Shown one piece after another: positions 33,284 through 44,401 of a stretch of DNA of 64,000 bases. A program made the position numbers and the translations under genes. The DNA is from an uncultured Spirochaetota bacterium. Its GTDB lineage: Bacteria > Spirochaetota > Brevinematia > Brevinematales > JAOACQ01. The stretch lies in contig CAWAOD010000016.1 in the NCBI GenBank assembly GCA_963783575.1, positions 64,001-128,000 on the forward strand, given 5' to 3'. Position 1 is the first letter of the stretch; each line of letters opens with the position of its first letter. The notes beneath the pieces were generated by a model that saw only the letters and a list, made by a program, of their open reading frames with translations, ran no database searches and had not been told where the DNA came from.

Positions 33284-34217
33284 AAAAATCGCTTTGACAT
33301 TAGGGAATCCGAATGGAATCGGACCTGAAATCTGTTTTAAAGCCTTAAAAAAATTCCCGGGAAAAATTCTTAGAAATATTTTAATTATCGGTAATGAAAC
33401 GGTATTTTCATATTATAGCCGGGAATTTGATGATTATCGCTTAAACCGAATCCTGATAAATGATAAAATTTCCGCGAGTTTTAATGTTAATCCCGGTGAA
33501 AAATCTTTGGAGTCGGGATTACTATCGTATTTGTATTTAAAGAAAGCCGTGGAACTTGCAAAAGAAGGAAAAGTTAGCGCGATTGTAACCGCTCCCATTT
33601 CAAAAGAACTGATTGTTAATTCAGGTATTAAAGATTTTATAGATCATACTACTTATCTTGCCGGACAATTCAATGTTAAAGATTATAATATGATGTTCCA
33701 CTCGGATGATTTGAAAGTTGTACTGACAACGATCCATATCCCGATTTCCGAAGTCAGCCGGAGTATTACAAGAGATAAGGTTGATTCAACGATAAATAAT
33801 TCAGTTCTTTATTGCCGCAGTTTTAAAAAGAGATCATTCAGGATAGCCGTTTGCGGTTTAAATCCGCATGCCGGTGAAAATGGAATTATTGGAACCGAAG
33901 AAATTCAAATTATCAAACCGGTTGTAGAAGAATATAAAAAGAATGGAATTGATATTGAAGGCCCGCTTCCCGCGGACTCCGTGTTTTATAAAGCTTATTC
34001 CGGATATTATGACCTTGTGGTAGCGATGTATCATGACCAGGCATTGGCACCCTTCAAACTGCTTCATTTTATGGATGGCGTAAATATGACACTCGGCCTT
34101 CCGGTTATAAGGACATCTCCAGATCATGGTACAGCTTTTGATATAGCCGGTAAAGACATTGCGGACGGGACAAGTATGTTTAAAGCCCTAGAACTTGCTG
34201 TTCATATGATGAAATAA
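33276..34217 (+). CDS. pdxA: 4-hydroxythreonine-4-phosphate dehydrogenase
   Basis: GIGPE, GLNPHAGE, AMYHDQ, RTSPDHGTAFDIAG. Confidence 0.95.
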   Translation: MSKKIALTLGNPNGIGPEICFKALKKFPGKILRNILIIGNETVFSYYSREFDDYRLNRILINDKISASFNVNPGEKSLESGLLSYLYLKKAVELAKEGKVSAIVTAPISKELIVNSGIKDFIDHTTYLAGQFNVKDYNMMFHSDDLKVVLTTIHIPISEVSRSITRDKVDSTINNSVLYCRSFKKRSFRIAVCGLNPHAGENGIIGTEEIQIIKPVVEEYKKNGIDIEGPLPADSVFYKAYSGYYDLVVAMYHDQALAPFKLLHFMDGVNMTLGLPVIRTSPDHGTAFDIAGKDIADGTSMFKALELAVHMMK

Positions 34218-34237
34218 CCATTTTTTAATATTAGATT

Positions 34238-35290
34238 TTATTCAATTATACGGATGCCGTCCTTGCCGCATGTTACATAAAGATAACCGGTAATTTTAGA
34301 ATATAAAATCTTATATGCCATCGATCTGTCATTGAATTGTTTTTCCAGTATAAAATTCCCCTGTGCCGGGTGTTTGATTTTTAAAACTCCGTTTATCCCA
34401 TCGGCTATGTATATATCGTTTCCAACAGGCAAGACTTCATTTGCATCTCCGGGAGTATCATAATTCTCTATGAGAACAGGTTTTTCCGGTTTTTCAAGTT
34501 TATAAAACAATATACCGTTCATTTTATCGGCAACAATCAGAGTCTTGTTTTTAATTGCCATACTATTTATATAGCTGATAGAGGTTTTCATCTGTGACAA
34601 TATTTTTTCCCCTGATAAATCAATAATAAACATTCCGTTATCTTTTGCCGCAAGATAGCCATATTGTTGATAAATTAATAAATTAACCGAAGTATTTGTT
34701 TTTATTGAAATGGATTTCCCAAGTGTAATCATAAAACTGTTCCAGTCGATCGTATAACCCTGGCAGCCCTTCGTTTGATCGGCGGTGTATATGTTAACGC
34801 CGGCATCGTTATTGATATCATAGCCTTCCGGGTATGATGCAAAAGCATAACCGCTTATATCATTGCTGATTAAAATATTTGTCAGATAAATATTCGTCGG
34901 ATCGGTTACATCCAGGATTAAAAGGCCTCCTTTACCGATAAAGCTTCCCAGAACGGCGACGGCGTATTTATTTGAAGAAACCGATTTCACAATTAAGTCC
35001 TGAAAGGGATAATTGGTAGAAAAACTTCCGATCAAATTTAAATTTGTAGGATCAAATATCATCAGGCCATCAAATCCGGCTGCCGCGTAAAGATAATTTG
35101 AATCAAGGTACAGGGACTTTATTACCTCGCCGTTCGTGCCTGTCCATTCCGAGATCAGCGTAAACGATGAAGGCGCCGTGGGCTGGTTTGAGGAATCAAA
35201 ATTATTCCTGTTCGGTATAAAAATGATTAAAAGTAATACTGCACCGACAATTAAAAGTATTGTAAATACAATGATCAGAATTTTTTTCAT
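34238..35290 (-). CDS. LVIVD-repeat beta-propeller membrane-anchored protein
   Basis: YLYAAAG.DGL, GLLILDVTDP, YDTPGDA, IYIADG. Confidence 0.75.
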   Translation of the reverse strand: MKKILIIVFTILLIVGAVLLLIIFIPNRNNFDSSNQPTAPSSFTLISEWTGTNGEVIKSLYLDSNYLYAAAGFDGLMIFDPTNLNLIGSFSTNYPFQDLIVKSVSSNKYAVAVLGSFIGKGGLLILDVTDPTNIYLTNILISNDISGYAFASYPEGYDINNDAGVNIYTADQTKGCQGYTIDWNSFMITLGKSISIKTNTSVNLLIYQQYGYLAAKDNGMFIIDLSGEKILSQMKTSISYINSMAIKNKTLIVADKMNGILFYKLEKPEKPVLIENYDTPGDANEVLPVGNDIYIADGINGVLKIKHPAQGNFILEKQFNDRSMAYKILYSKITGYLYVTCGKDGIRIIE

Positions 35291-35357
35291 AAAACCTCAT
35301 CCGGAAATTTAATTAGAAATTTTTAGGATATTAATATTTTTTATTTAACATTTATTG

Positions 35358-36431
35358 TTAATTGGTTTCCATCAGAATTCTTATACCGCTTTTTCCGCAA
35401 GCCGCATATAGATATCCTGTCGAGGAAGAATAATAAAGCTTATAATATACAGCCCCATCCTGATAAACCCTGTCCAGGGAAAATGTTGAAGGCGGAGTCC
35501 AGCTGACTTTTAATATACCGTACGACCCGTCCGCGATGTAAATATCGTTGCCGTTCATAACCACGTCATAAGCTTCTCCCGGTGTGCTGTAGTTTGCCTT
35601 CAGTTTCGGGTAAGATGCCACATCATAAATAAGGATACCGTTCAGGCTGTCTACGGCTGCGAGGTTATTTCCGCTGACCGATAGTGCCTGGATTGATGAA
35701 ATAGGATAATTGTTTATCTGAAATATCGTAGAACCTGTTGTGATATTAACGACAAATATACCGGCGGTTTTTGCCGCAAGAAAAACTTCTGAATTGTCGC
35801 TGCTTAAGGCAATATCAACCGCTGGGTGTGTACTTATCATTGCCGTGCCGAGCGCTGTTGCGGCTGTTGTAAAATTAACATTGTAATCCTGGAAACCTTT
35901 ATTGTCATCTGCAGTATAAACATTATAAACCGGCGCTCCGGCTGATCCGATAAAATCCAGGATTGCATTACAGCTTAAATTAGGATTGATAAGAGCATTC
36001 GTCACTATTATGTTTGTTGGGTCATTAACATTCAGGACAATGATTCCACTGTTCTGGTTATATACCCCCAGAGCCGCAAAAGCGTATTTTTTAGAATTAA
36101 TGGTATTAACCACAACATCATTCACAGGATAATAATTTGTTTGGAATTTTCCTGCTTTAACCGGTCCGGGATTGGTTAGAATGAAAAGACCGTCATATTT
36201 TGCCACGGCATAAATAGTATCATCGGCGTCCACATATACAGAATCAATGAATTCCTGGTTCGGGCCTGACCAGCTTCCTATTAATGTGAAAACAGGCTGG
36301 ACAAAAACACTGGTACTGGAACTGCTGTTAGTCGAAGACGATGGCTGTCCCGGACTGCATGAATTGACGCAGATAAGCTCGAATACGATCATTAAAACTG
36401 AGATTAAACCGAATAAAATTATTTTTTTCAT
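35358..36431 (-). CDS. LVIVD-repeat beta-propeller lipoprotein, paralog of 34238-35290
   Basis: VNSC lipobox, Ser linker, YSTPGEA, IYIADG, GYLY..CGK.GIRI shared with the neighbour. Confidence 0.75.
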   Translation of the reverse strand: MKKIILFGLISVLMIVFELICVNSCSPGQPSSSTNSSSSTSVFVQPVFTLIGSWSGPNQEFIDSVYVDADDTIYAVAKYDGLFILTNPGPVKAGKFQTNYYPVNDVVVNTINSKKYAFAALGVYNQNSGIIVLNVNDPTNIIVTNALINPNLSCNAILDFIGSAGAPVYNVYTADDNKGFQDYNVNFTTAATALGTAMISTHPAVDIALSSDNSEVFLAAKTAGIFVVNITTGSTIFQINNYPISSIQALSVSGNNLAAVDSLNGILIYDVASYPKLKANYSTPGEAYDVVMNGNDIYIADGSYGILKVSWTPPSTFSLDRVYQDGAVYYKLYYSSSTGYLYAACGKSGIRILMETN

Positions 36432-36697
36432 TACTTCTTTCCTCCGCGATACCGGATTATAAATTCTCGGAATTATAAATTCAAAGGATTATAATATAAA
36501 TTTACAGGTCAATAAAATCAAATTAAAGTTCCGGATCAATTATTTATTTTCGAAAAAATTTGCTTTAAAGTGAAATACTTCAAAAAATTGCTTGATTATT
36601 TTTTTTGATCTGTTATAATTAGGCAGTCTGAATTTTATTATTGTAAATAAATTAGAAAGTACTCTTGCTTAAATATTTAAAAATAAAAGCAGTGAGG

Positions 36698-37075
36698 ATG
36701 GAAATGATAAAAATTTTGGCTGTTGACGATCACGAGGAAATACTGCAGATCGTTAAGAGTATATTAACAAAGAGCGGATATATGGTTGAAACGGTTTCGG
36801 ATGCGGCGCTGGTTATGAATAAAGTCAGGGAATTCAAACCCGATCTAGTTTTTATGGATATTATGATGCCCAAGATCACCGGATTTGAATTATGCAAAAT
36901 TATTAAGGCCGACAAGGGACTTAAGCATACTAAAGTAATTTTCTTAACCGCCAAAAATATGGATTTTGCAAGGGAAAAGGCCGGAGATGCAGGTGGAGAT
37001 GGGTTTATATCCAAGCCGTTCTCTCCTAAAGAGCTTCTGGAATACGTAAATAATATATTCAGTCAAAATAAATGA
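36698..37075 (+). CDS. Single-domain response regulator
   Basis: ILAVDD, DLVFMDIMMP, FLTA, KPFS. Confidence 0.92.
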   Translation: MEMIKILAVDDHEEILQIVKSILTKSGYMVETVSDAALVMNKVREFKPDLVFMDIMMPKITGFELCKIIKADKGLKHTKVIFLTAKNMDFAREKAGDAGGDGFISKPFSPKELLEYVNNIFSQNK

Positions 37076-37239
37076 AAAATTTGCGCTTTTTCAAAAAAAA
37101 CAATTACCTAAACTGAGCGATTCTTATTAAGGATTAGCTTCAATTCAGTATCTTTACAATTCAGTTGTTCTATTTTATAATTTTACAGTTAAATTCAGGT
37201 TGGTCGGTTTTTCATATTGATTTAAATGAGGTAAATTTG

Positions 37240-38091
37240 ATGATAAGATCTTTTATAGTTTTTTTTATGTTAACATTATTAATGTCATGCGGAAATTATA
37301 TGAAAGATTATTATCCGAAATACCATATAACCGCTTTTTACTCCGAGGCCGCCGGTTCTTCCTCCGGCGTGTCATCATACCTTAATTGGGGCGACAAGCT
37401 TACCTATATGAATCAGTCGACAACAAACAAAAATAAAGCCGGCCAAAGAATCATATATTTAAAAGTAAAAAACAATATAGATAATTCCTTAGGGTATGTG
37501 GACCAGGATAGTGTTATTAAAAATCCTATTTCAAAAGGTGTTATCCTTGGATCAACAATTGCTTATGAAACTCCGACAATCCTGTCCAGAAATAAACAAA
37601 GTGTCGATCCGCCGGTTCTGGCTTATATTATAGAAATAAAAGACAAGGAATGGGCAAAAATTGAGCCTTACAATGCCCCTTTGTCTTACAGTTTGACAGA
37701 TACGCCGGGAACCGTTCCCTCACAGGTCTTTTATCCCTGGATCTATCTTAAAGAAATTTCGACGAATGAAGATAATGTTAACTTTACAATAGCCCTGCAG
37801 TTTGCAATAAAAAAATATAATGATGCGAAACAAATTTATATTTCAAAACCTGATGACAAAAAGCTTATGATTTTTCAGTCTTCAGTCAAACCTGACAGGG
37901 AAAATATTCTTAATATTATGAAAAATGTTCCGCTTTTATCTGTATCTAATCTATCTCCGTCTCTCTCGAATTTAGTCCAGTTGTTTTTAAGCGTTTCGGA
38001 CCTTGGTGATAAATCGAATTCAGCGGAACCTGCTAATGAACAAAATTCTATAAATCAAAATGCCACGAATACCAATGTGGAACAATTATAA
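37240..38091 (+). CDS. Hypothetical lipoprotein
   Basis: Signal peptide with LMSC lipobox. Confidence 0.7.
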   Translation: MIRSFIVFFMLTLLMSCGNYMKDYYPKYHITAFYSEAAGSSSGVSSYLNWGDKLTYMNQSTTNKNKAGQRIIYLKVKNNIDNSLGYVDQDSVIKNPISKGVILGSTIAYETPTILSRNKQSVDPPVLAYIIEIKDKEWAKIEPYNAPLSYSLTDTPGTVPSQVFYPWIYLKEISTNEDNVNFTIALQFAIKKYNDAKQIYISKPDDKKLMIFQSSVKPDRENILNIMKNVPLLSVSNLSPSLSNLVQLFLSVSDLGDKSNSAEPANEQNSINQNATNTNVEQL

Positions 38092-38102
38092 AGGAGAGTA
38101 GT

Positions 38103-38555
38103 ATGAAAATAGCCGTCGCATCCGATCATGCGGCATTTGCTTTAAAAGAGGGTGTAAAAAAATATCTCTTGAAAAAAGGGTTGGAAATAATAGATTTTGG
38201 TACTAATTCAGAAGATTGCATGGATTATCCCGATACTGTAAAATTGGCCGCAAGAGCAGTGGCAAAAGGGGAATGCAAATATGGGGTTGTTCTTTGCGGG
38301 GCAGGTGTCGGAGCTTCTATTGTGGCGAATAAGATTCGCGGAATTCGTGCCGCTTTATGTATGGATGAATATACTGCCGAGTATGCACGAAAACATAACG
38401 ATGCAAATATAATGGTTCTGGCGGGCAGGAGAAGATCTTTGCAGGAAGTTTCCAAATATATCGATATTTGGTTTTCAATGCCTTTCGAAGGCGGAAGGCA
38501 CAAGATAAGGATCGATAAGATCGCCGAGATTGAAAAAGAAGAAGGAATGAAATGA
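38103..38555 (+). CDS. rpiB: Ribose-5-phosphate isomerase B
   Basis: ASDHA, DYPD, CGAGVG, ANKIRGIRAA, FEGGRH. Confidence 0.95.
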   Translation: MKIAVASDHAAFALKEGVKKYLLKKGLEIIDFGTNSEDCMDYPDTVKLAARAVAKGECKYGVVLCGAGVGASIVANKIRGIRAALCMDEYTAEYARKHNDANIMVLAGRRRSLQEVSKYIDIWFSMPFEGGRHKIRIDKIAEIEKEEGMK

Positions 38556-39442
38556 TTGACGCAAGCACAAAGCTTTACTGTATTCTTGGAAATCCCGTTC
38601 GGCATTCATTTTCACCCTATATGCAGAACGCAGCTTTTTTAACATCAGGAATAAATGCGGTTTATACTGCTTTCGAAGTCAGCGATATTGAAGGTGCGGT
38701 AAAGGGAATAAAAGCTTTTGGAATTTGCGGGGCAAGCGTCACCATTCCGCATAAAATCTCTGTTATGGCTTTTCTTGATGATCTAACAGATATCGCAAGG
38801 CTGATCGGTTCGGTAAATACTATAATAAATAATGACGGCAGGCTGATAGGGACAAATACCGATTCTTATGGATTCTATAAGGCATTAAACGAAAAGACGG
38901 ATATAAATGGGAAAAAAATTGCTCTTTTCGGGGCAGGCGGCGCTGGAAAAGCAATCTGCGCCTCGTTATTTTATTATGGCAGCCCTGAAAAGGTTTATCT
39001 GCTTGATATTGATAAAGACCGGAGAGAGGGGCTTGAAAAGCATATTCTTACCGAATTTCCGAAAATAAATAAAATTGTTGAGAATAAAAATATCGAAGCT
39101 TTTGATCAGGAAAACTGGGATCAGATCAAAGACGGGATTGAGATTATCATACATGCTACTCCGATGGGAATGGAGCCGGATATTAACTCAAGCATATTGG
39201 AAGCCGGGCAGATACCTGAAAATATTACCGTTATGGATATTGTTTATAATCCTCACCGGACAATGCTGTTAAAATATGCTAAGGAGAGGAATTGCACAAT
39301 AGTTCATGGAATCGATATGCTGCTCTACCAGGGGATTCGCCAGTTTGAACTTTGGACAGGGCTTAAAGCCCCCGAAGATGCAATGAGGGACGCGCTGCTG
39401 AAATCGATCAATCTTTTCGCTTCCGCCCAGGGCGGCAAATAA
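38552..39442 (+). CDS. aroE: Shikimate dehydrogenase
   Basis: HSFSP, SVTIPHK, NTD, GAGGAG, DIVYNP. Confidence 0.93.
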   Translation: MIDASTKLYCILGNPVRHSFSPYMQNAAFLTSGINAVYTAFEVSDIEGAVKGIKAFGICGASVTIPHKISVMAFLDDLTDIARLIGSVNTIINNDGRLIGTNTDSYGFYKALNEKTDINGKKIALFGAGGAGKAICASLFYYGSPEKVYLLDIDKDRREGLEKHILTEFPKINKIVENKNIEAFDQENWDQIKDGIEIIIHATPMGMEPDINSSILEAGQIPENITVMDIVYNPHRTMLLKYAKERNCTIVHGIDMLLYQGIRQFELWTGLKAPEDAMRDALLKSINLFASAQGGK

Positions 39443-39468
39443 GACCATTTTTCAAAAGGAAATGTAAG

Positions 39469-40548
39469 ATGAAAATATTAAACATTATTATTTTATTGAA
39501 TTTATTATGCTTAATCCATCTGGTCTATTGTTCCGACAATGGCTCGCAAATTCCTTCATTATACGGTGTTTACAAGGATTATTTCCCTATTGGAACGGCG
39601 GTTGAACCCGGGCAGTTATTTGGAAGTGAAGGCGAAATTGTGGACAGCCATTTTTCCGGCATAACCCCTGAAAACGTTTTGAAGCCGGATCATGTGGAAC
39701 CGATGGAAGGGGTGTTTAATTTTGACGGCCCTGATGCTATTGTCAATTACGCTCAAAAACACAGTAAACTTGTAAGAGGACATGTCCTTGTATGGCATCA
39801 ACAGGAGCCTAAATGGTTTTTTATAGGAAGCGACGGAAAAAAGGCATCCAGGAACCTTTTATTGAAAAGAATGGAAACATATATTAAAACCGTGGTCGGG
39901 CGGTATAAGGGAAAAATATATGCCTGGGATGCCGTTAATGAGGCTATCGATTCTAAAGAATCGGACGGTTATAGAAGATCGGATTGGTTTTATATAATCG
40001 GAGAGGATTATATTGAAAAAGCCTTCCGGTTTGCGCATGAAGCCGACCCGAATGCGAAACTGTTCTATAATGATTACGATACGACCGAAGGTGACAAAGA
40101 GTATCAGATTTATTCTATGTTAAAAAATTTACTGGATGATGGTGTGCCTGTTAATGGAATCGGGATGCAGTTTCACATAAATCTGGATAAGCCGGCCTTA
40201 AGCGAAATTGAGGATTCGATAAAATTATTCCGCAAACTGGGGCTTGAAATCCACATCACGGAAATGGATATGAGCCTGAATCCTTCCGGGGCTTTAACAA
40301 CAGTATCGGAAAACCAGCTTATACGCCAGGCGAAAAGATACCATGACGTCATGGAAATATTTAAAGCAAATAAGGATATCATTAGAAATGTCACATTCTG
40401 GGGTTTTAATGACTGGCATACCTGGCTCTTCAATTTTCCGATGAATAGATCGGAATGGCCGCTCTTATTTGATAAAGATCTAAAGCCAAAATATTCATAT
40501 TGGGCGCTTGTCGATCCTTCAAAAATCCCGCAGGAAAGCACAAACTAA
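39469..40548 (+). CDS. GH10 endo-1,4-beta-xylanase, exported
   Basis: RGHVLVWH, WDAVNE, YNDY, GMQFH, ITEMD. Confidence 0.93.
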   Translation: MKILNIIILLNLLCLIHLVYCSDNGSQIPSLYGVYKDYFPIGTAVEPGQLFGSEGEIVDSHFSGITPENVLKPDHVEPMEGVFNFDGPDAIVNYAQKHSKLVRGHVLVWHQQEPKWFFIGSDGKKASRNLLLKRMETYIKTVVGRYKGKIYAWDAVNEAIDSKESDGYRRSDWFYIIGEDYIEKAFRFAHEADPNAKLFYNDYDTTEGDKEYQIYSMLKNLLDDGVPVNGIGMQFHINLDKPALSEIEDSIKLFRKLGLEIHITEMDMSLNPSGALTTVSENQLIRQAKRYHDVMEIFKANKDIIRNVTFWGFNDWHTWLFNFPMNRSEWPLLFDKDLKPKYSYWALVDPSKIPQESTN

Positions 40549-40629
40549 AAAATTGCTAAACATAGAATAGAAAAGCAATTCAAAGGAAATTTGGGTTATC
40601 TTTTTACGGAAATTTTATTGAGGAAAACT

Positions 40630-42753
40630 ATGGAAAAAATGATCTATAAGGATCCGGAGCAGAATCTGGAAAAAAGGATTGAAGACCTTATCGGTAGGCT
40701 TACTCTTGATGAAAAAGCCTCACAGCTTATTTTCAATTCGCCGGGTATCCCGCGGCTGGGCATACCGGCTTACAACTGGTGGAGCGAATGCCTGCACGGT
40801 GTTGGCAGAAACGGGAAAGCTACGGTTTTCCCACAGGCGATCGGTCTTGCGGCTGCCTTCGACGCCAATTTGATAGAAAATATTGCCGATACGATAGGAA
40901 CAGAGGCAAGGGCGAAATATAATACGGCTTTAAAAAAGGGTTATACCGATATTTACCAGGGATTGACATTCTGGTCGCCGAATATTAATATATTCCGGGA
41001 TCCGCGTTGGGGAAGAGGGCAGGAAACATACGGAGAAGACCCTTTCCTGACGGCCGAATTGGGGAAAGCATTTGTAAGAGGACTACAGGGGAAAGACCCT
41101 AAATATATGAAAGCCGCCGCATGTGCAAAACACTATGCTGTCCACAGCGGGCCGGAAAAAGACCGGCATTCCTTTGATGTATCGGTAAGTCTTAAAGACC
41201 TCCGTGAAACCTATTTGCCGGCTTTTGAAGCTTTGGTCAGGGAGGGTGTCGAAGCAGTTATGGGGGCTTATAACCGGCTTTACGGAGAACCCTGCTGCGC
41301 CAGTAAGCTCCTGCTTGAGGATATCCTGAGGGGAGAATGGAAATTCAAAGGGCATGTGGTGTCGGACTGCGAAGCTATCGATGATTTTCATATGGCGCAT
41401 CATTATACAAAAGATATTTGCGAATCGGTTCAAGCTGCATTAAACAAGGGATGCGATCTGAATTGCGGAAGAACTTATTCACATATTCTGGAATGTTTTA
41501 GTAAGGGAATGATTGATGAGGAAACAATAAATCGATCTCTCAGGAGGCTTCTAAGGACAAGGTTCCTCCTTGGTATGTTTGATCCGCAAGAAAATGTGAT
41601 TTATTCAAAAATTACCGAAGAGGTTGTGGATAGTCCGGAACACCGTAAGCTGGCCCTTAAGGCTGCCGAAAAATCCATGGTTCTTTTGAAAAATAAAAAT
41701 AATATCCTGCCTATAAAACGTGAGAATTTGAAACTGTTTGTCACCGGTCCTAATGCCGCTGATGTTAATGCCCTTTTGGGAAGTTACAGCGGATTAAACG
41801 GCAGCCTGGTTACCGTTCTTGAGGGGATAATCAACCAGGGCGGCTCTTCATTGATTGTTGATTACCGCAAGGGTTGCCAGCATTACCATGAGAACCTGAG
41901 CAGCGAACAATTATTCATGTTTGATATAAAATCCTGCGACCTTGTAATTGTTGTTATGGGATTAACGCCGGAGATAGAAGGAGAAGAAGGCGACGCTATC
42001 CTATCGGATGCAAACGGGGACAGGAAAGATTTACTGCTTCCTGAAAGCCAGAGAAATTTCTTGAAGCTCATATCCACAACGGGAACACCGATTATCCTTG
42101 TACTTCTCGGCGGAAGCCCCATTGCACTTGGCGATACCGAAGAAATAGCCGACGCAATCCTATTTTCATGGTTTCCGGGAGAGGAAGGCGGTAACGCTTT
42201 AGGCCGGATATTATTCGGAGAGACCGTTCCGGCAGGGAGGCTTCCCATCACTTTTCCTAAATCGACGGAACAGCTCCCGCCTTTTGAAGATTATTCAATG
42301 ACCGGGCGGACATACCGGTATATGAAAACCGATCCTCTTTTTCCATTCGGATTCGGCCTGTCTTATACTACTTTTAAATATATCAGCATGACGCTTTCCG
42401 ATAATAATATACATCCGGGAGAAGATATAAACTGCAAAGTTATTGTCCGGAACACCGGGAAATATGACAGCGATGAGGTTATTCAAATTTACCTTGAAAA
42501 CACGGGAGCGCCGGAACCCAGACCTATTAATAGCCTTTGCGGTTTTAAGAGGGTATTTGTTCCTTCCGGACAGGAAAAAGAGGTCAGGTTTTTATTAAAA
42601 CAGGATTTATTTACTATAATCAATGATGAAGGCAAAAAAATTCCCTTCCCCGGTAAATACAGGATTACTGCAGGCGGATGTTCGCCGGGAAAAAGAGGAA
42701 TTGAACTTGGAGCGCCTTTACCTGTTTCCTGTGAATTAACCGTTGAAAAATAA
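40630..42753 (+). CDS. GH3 beta-xylosidase/beta-glucosidase
   Basis: ECLHGV, RDPRWGRGQET, CAKHY, VVSDC, C-terminal Fn3-like domain. Confidence 0.92.
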   Translation: MEKMIYKDPEQNLEKRIEDLIGRLTLDEKASQLIFNSPGIPRLGIPAYNWWSECLHGVGRNGKATVFPQAIGLAAAFDANLIENIADTIGTEARAKYNTALKKGYTDIYQGLTFWSPNINIFRDPRWGRGQETYGEDPFLTAELGKAFVRGLQGKDPKYMKAAACAKHYAVHSGPEKDRHSFDVSVSLKDLRETYLPAFEALVREGVEAVMGAYNRLYGEPCCASKLLLEDILRGEWKFKGHVVSDCEAIDDFHMAHHYTKDICESVQAALNKGCDLNCGRTYSHILECFSKGMIDEETINRSLRRLLRTRFLLGMFDPQENVIYSKITEEVVDSPEHRKLALKAAEKSMVLLKNKNNILPIKRENLKLFVTGPNAADVNALLGSYSGLNGSLVTVLEGIINQGGSSLIVDYRKGCQHYHENLSSEQLFMFDIKSCDLVIVVMGLTPEIEGEEGDAILSDANGDRKDLLLPESQRNFLKLISTTGTPIILVLLGGSPIALGDTEEIADAILFSWFPGEEGGNALGRILFGETVPAGRLPITFPKSTEQLPPFEDYSMTGRTYRYMKTDPLFPFGFGLSYTTFKYISMTLSDNNIHPGEDINCKVIVRNTGKYDSDEVIQIYLENTGAPEPRPINSLCGFKRVFVPSGQEKEVRFLLKQDLFTIINDEGKKIPFPGKYRITAGGCSPGKRGIELGAPLPVSCELTVEK

Positions 42754-42757
42754 TCAT

Positions 42758-43375
42758 TTATTTTAACCAGAGTTCTTTTGCACCTGTAACAATGAACTGA
42801 AATGCGATCGATCCGACAACAAGCCCCATTAAACGTGTAAAGATATTGATGGTAGTCTTGTTTAAGATTTTTTCCAGGCGAATGGCGTTTAAAAAAACAA
42901 AATAGAGAATCACACAGTTGATGAAAACCGCAATAAACAGGGCGGTAATATGAGTCAAATCAGCCTGGTTCCTGTATATTAGAAGGGTTGTGATGGTACC
43001 TGGACCTAATGTTCCCGGTATTGCCAGGGGAGTGATTGAAATATCGGCTTTGCTTTTTGCTTCATCGGCCTCATTTTCATCATACCTGACGCCGCTGATT
43101 CTTGCCTGTACCATCTGGACCGAGAGAATCAGCAGAATCATTCCGCCCATAATTTTAAATGAAGGTACGTCAACGCCGAAAAACTGTAAAACCAGGCTTC
43201 CGGCCAGGATACATACTATGCTTCCGATCAGGACCCCCAGAGTACTTTTAAAAGCTATACGGGCCATTCTTTTTTCTTTAGACTGGGGCATCAGAGATAA
43301 TAATATGACAAGGGAAACGAAAGGATCAATGATGACAAATAATGAAGTTGTGTAATCGAAAATAATTTTTAACAT
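42758..43375 (-). CDS. MarC family membrane protein
   Basis: LFVIIDP, PLAIP...GPG, RLMGL. Confidence 0.9.
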   Translation of the reverse strand: MLKIIFDYTTSLFVIIDPFVSLVILLSLMPQSKEKRMARIAFKSTLGVLIGSIVCILAGSLVLQFFGVDVPSFKIMGGMILLILSVQMVQARISGVRYDENEADEAKSKADISITPLAIPGTLGPGTITTLLIYRNQADLTHITALFIAVFINCVILYFVFLNAIRLEKILNKTTINIFTRLMGLVVGSIAFQFIVTGAKELWLK

Positions 43376-43499
43376 TTTCTGCTCCGGATTCTCATTATTT
43401 ATTCTTATTGTCGGCAAATTTTAAATAATTAAAAACCTCTTTCACTTTTGTTATAATGCAGAGTGAAGGAATAAAAAAATAAATTATAAAGCAGGAAAA

Positions 43500-44282
43500 A
43501 TGGAAAATTTAAGAAAATACGGTAATCCGCCTTATTCTATCGCCGTTATTCATGGCGGGCCCGGAGCCGCCGGTGAAATGGCTCCCGTCGCCATGGCATT
43601 ATCAAAAAAAATTGGCATTCTTGAACCTCTTCAGACAAAAGATTCTCTTGAAGGCCAGATTATCGAACTTGACGATACATTGAAAAATAACGGATTCCTT
43701 CCGTTTACATTAATCGGTTATTCCTGGGGCGCGATGCTCTCATTTATTTACTCGGCCAGGTTCCCTGCATCGGTAAAGAAGCTTATTATGGTGAGCAGCG
43801 GCGTTTTTGATGAAAAGTACGCCCCGGGCATAATGGAAACCCGTCTTAAAAGGCTTAAAATTGCCGAAAGAGAAGAAGCCCTGGAAATCATGAAAAAATT
43901 AAGCGGATCTTTAAAAGAAAAAAATAACAAGCTTCTCGCAAGACTGGGTTCCTTATTTTCCAAATCGGATTCTTATGATCCAATAATAAATGAAAGCAAC
44001 GATATTGCCGTAGATGAAAATATTTATAAAAATGTCTGGAAAGACGCTGTGGAACTCAGGAAAGGCAGAGGTCTTCTTGATCTTGGGAAATTTATAAAAT
44101 GCCCGGTAATTGCAATCCATGGAGATTATGATCCTCATCCTGCCGAAGGAATCCGTGACCCGCTTTCGGGAATATTGAAAGATTTTAATTTCATTACATT
44201 GAAAGACTGCGGACATACCCCATGGCATGAAAAGCAGGCGAAAACAAAATTTTTCAATATTTTAGATAAAGAATTATCCTGA
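43500..44282 (+). CDS. Alpha/beta hydrolase
   Basis: HGGPG, GYSWG, HGDYD, CGHTPW. Confidence 0.9.
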   Translation: MENLRKYGNPPYSIAVIHGGPGAAGEMAPVAMALSKKIGILEPLQTKDSLEGQIIELDDTLKNNGFLPFTLIGYSWGAMLSFIYSARFPASVKKLIMVSSGVFDEKYAPGIMETRLKRLKIAEREEALEIMKKLSGSLKEKNNKLLARLGSLFSKSDSYDPIINESNDIAVDENIYKNVWKDAVELRKGRGLLDLGKFIKCPVIAIHGDYDPHPAEGIRDPLSGILKDFNFITLKDCGHTPWHEKQAKTKFFNILDKELS

Positions 44283-44401
44283 CACAGGGATTCGCCCGAG
44301 GGCGGGTTGCTATCGGAAGAACGCTGCGTCGAAACACACTCACGCCGATGCGGCCTTTATTCCACATCCTTGTCTCAATGTCGGCCGCCGGCCGCATCCG
44401 T

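Noticed and set aside
36454..36500. Three short ggattataa(attc) direct repeats
   Set aside because: AT-rich and short; may be chance, so not supported as a regulatory site
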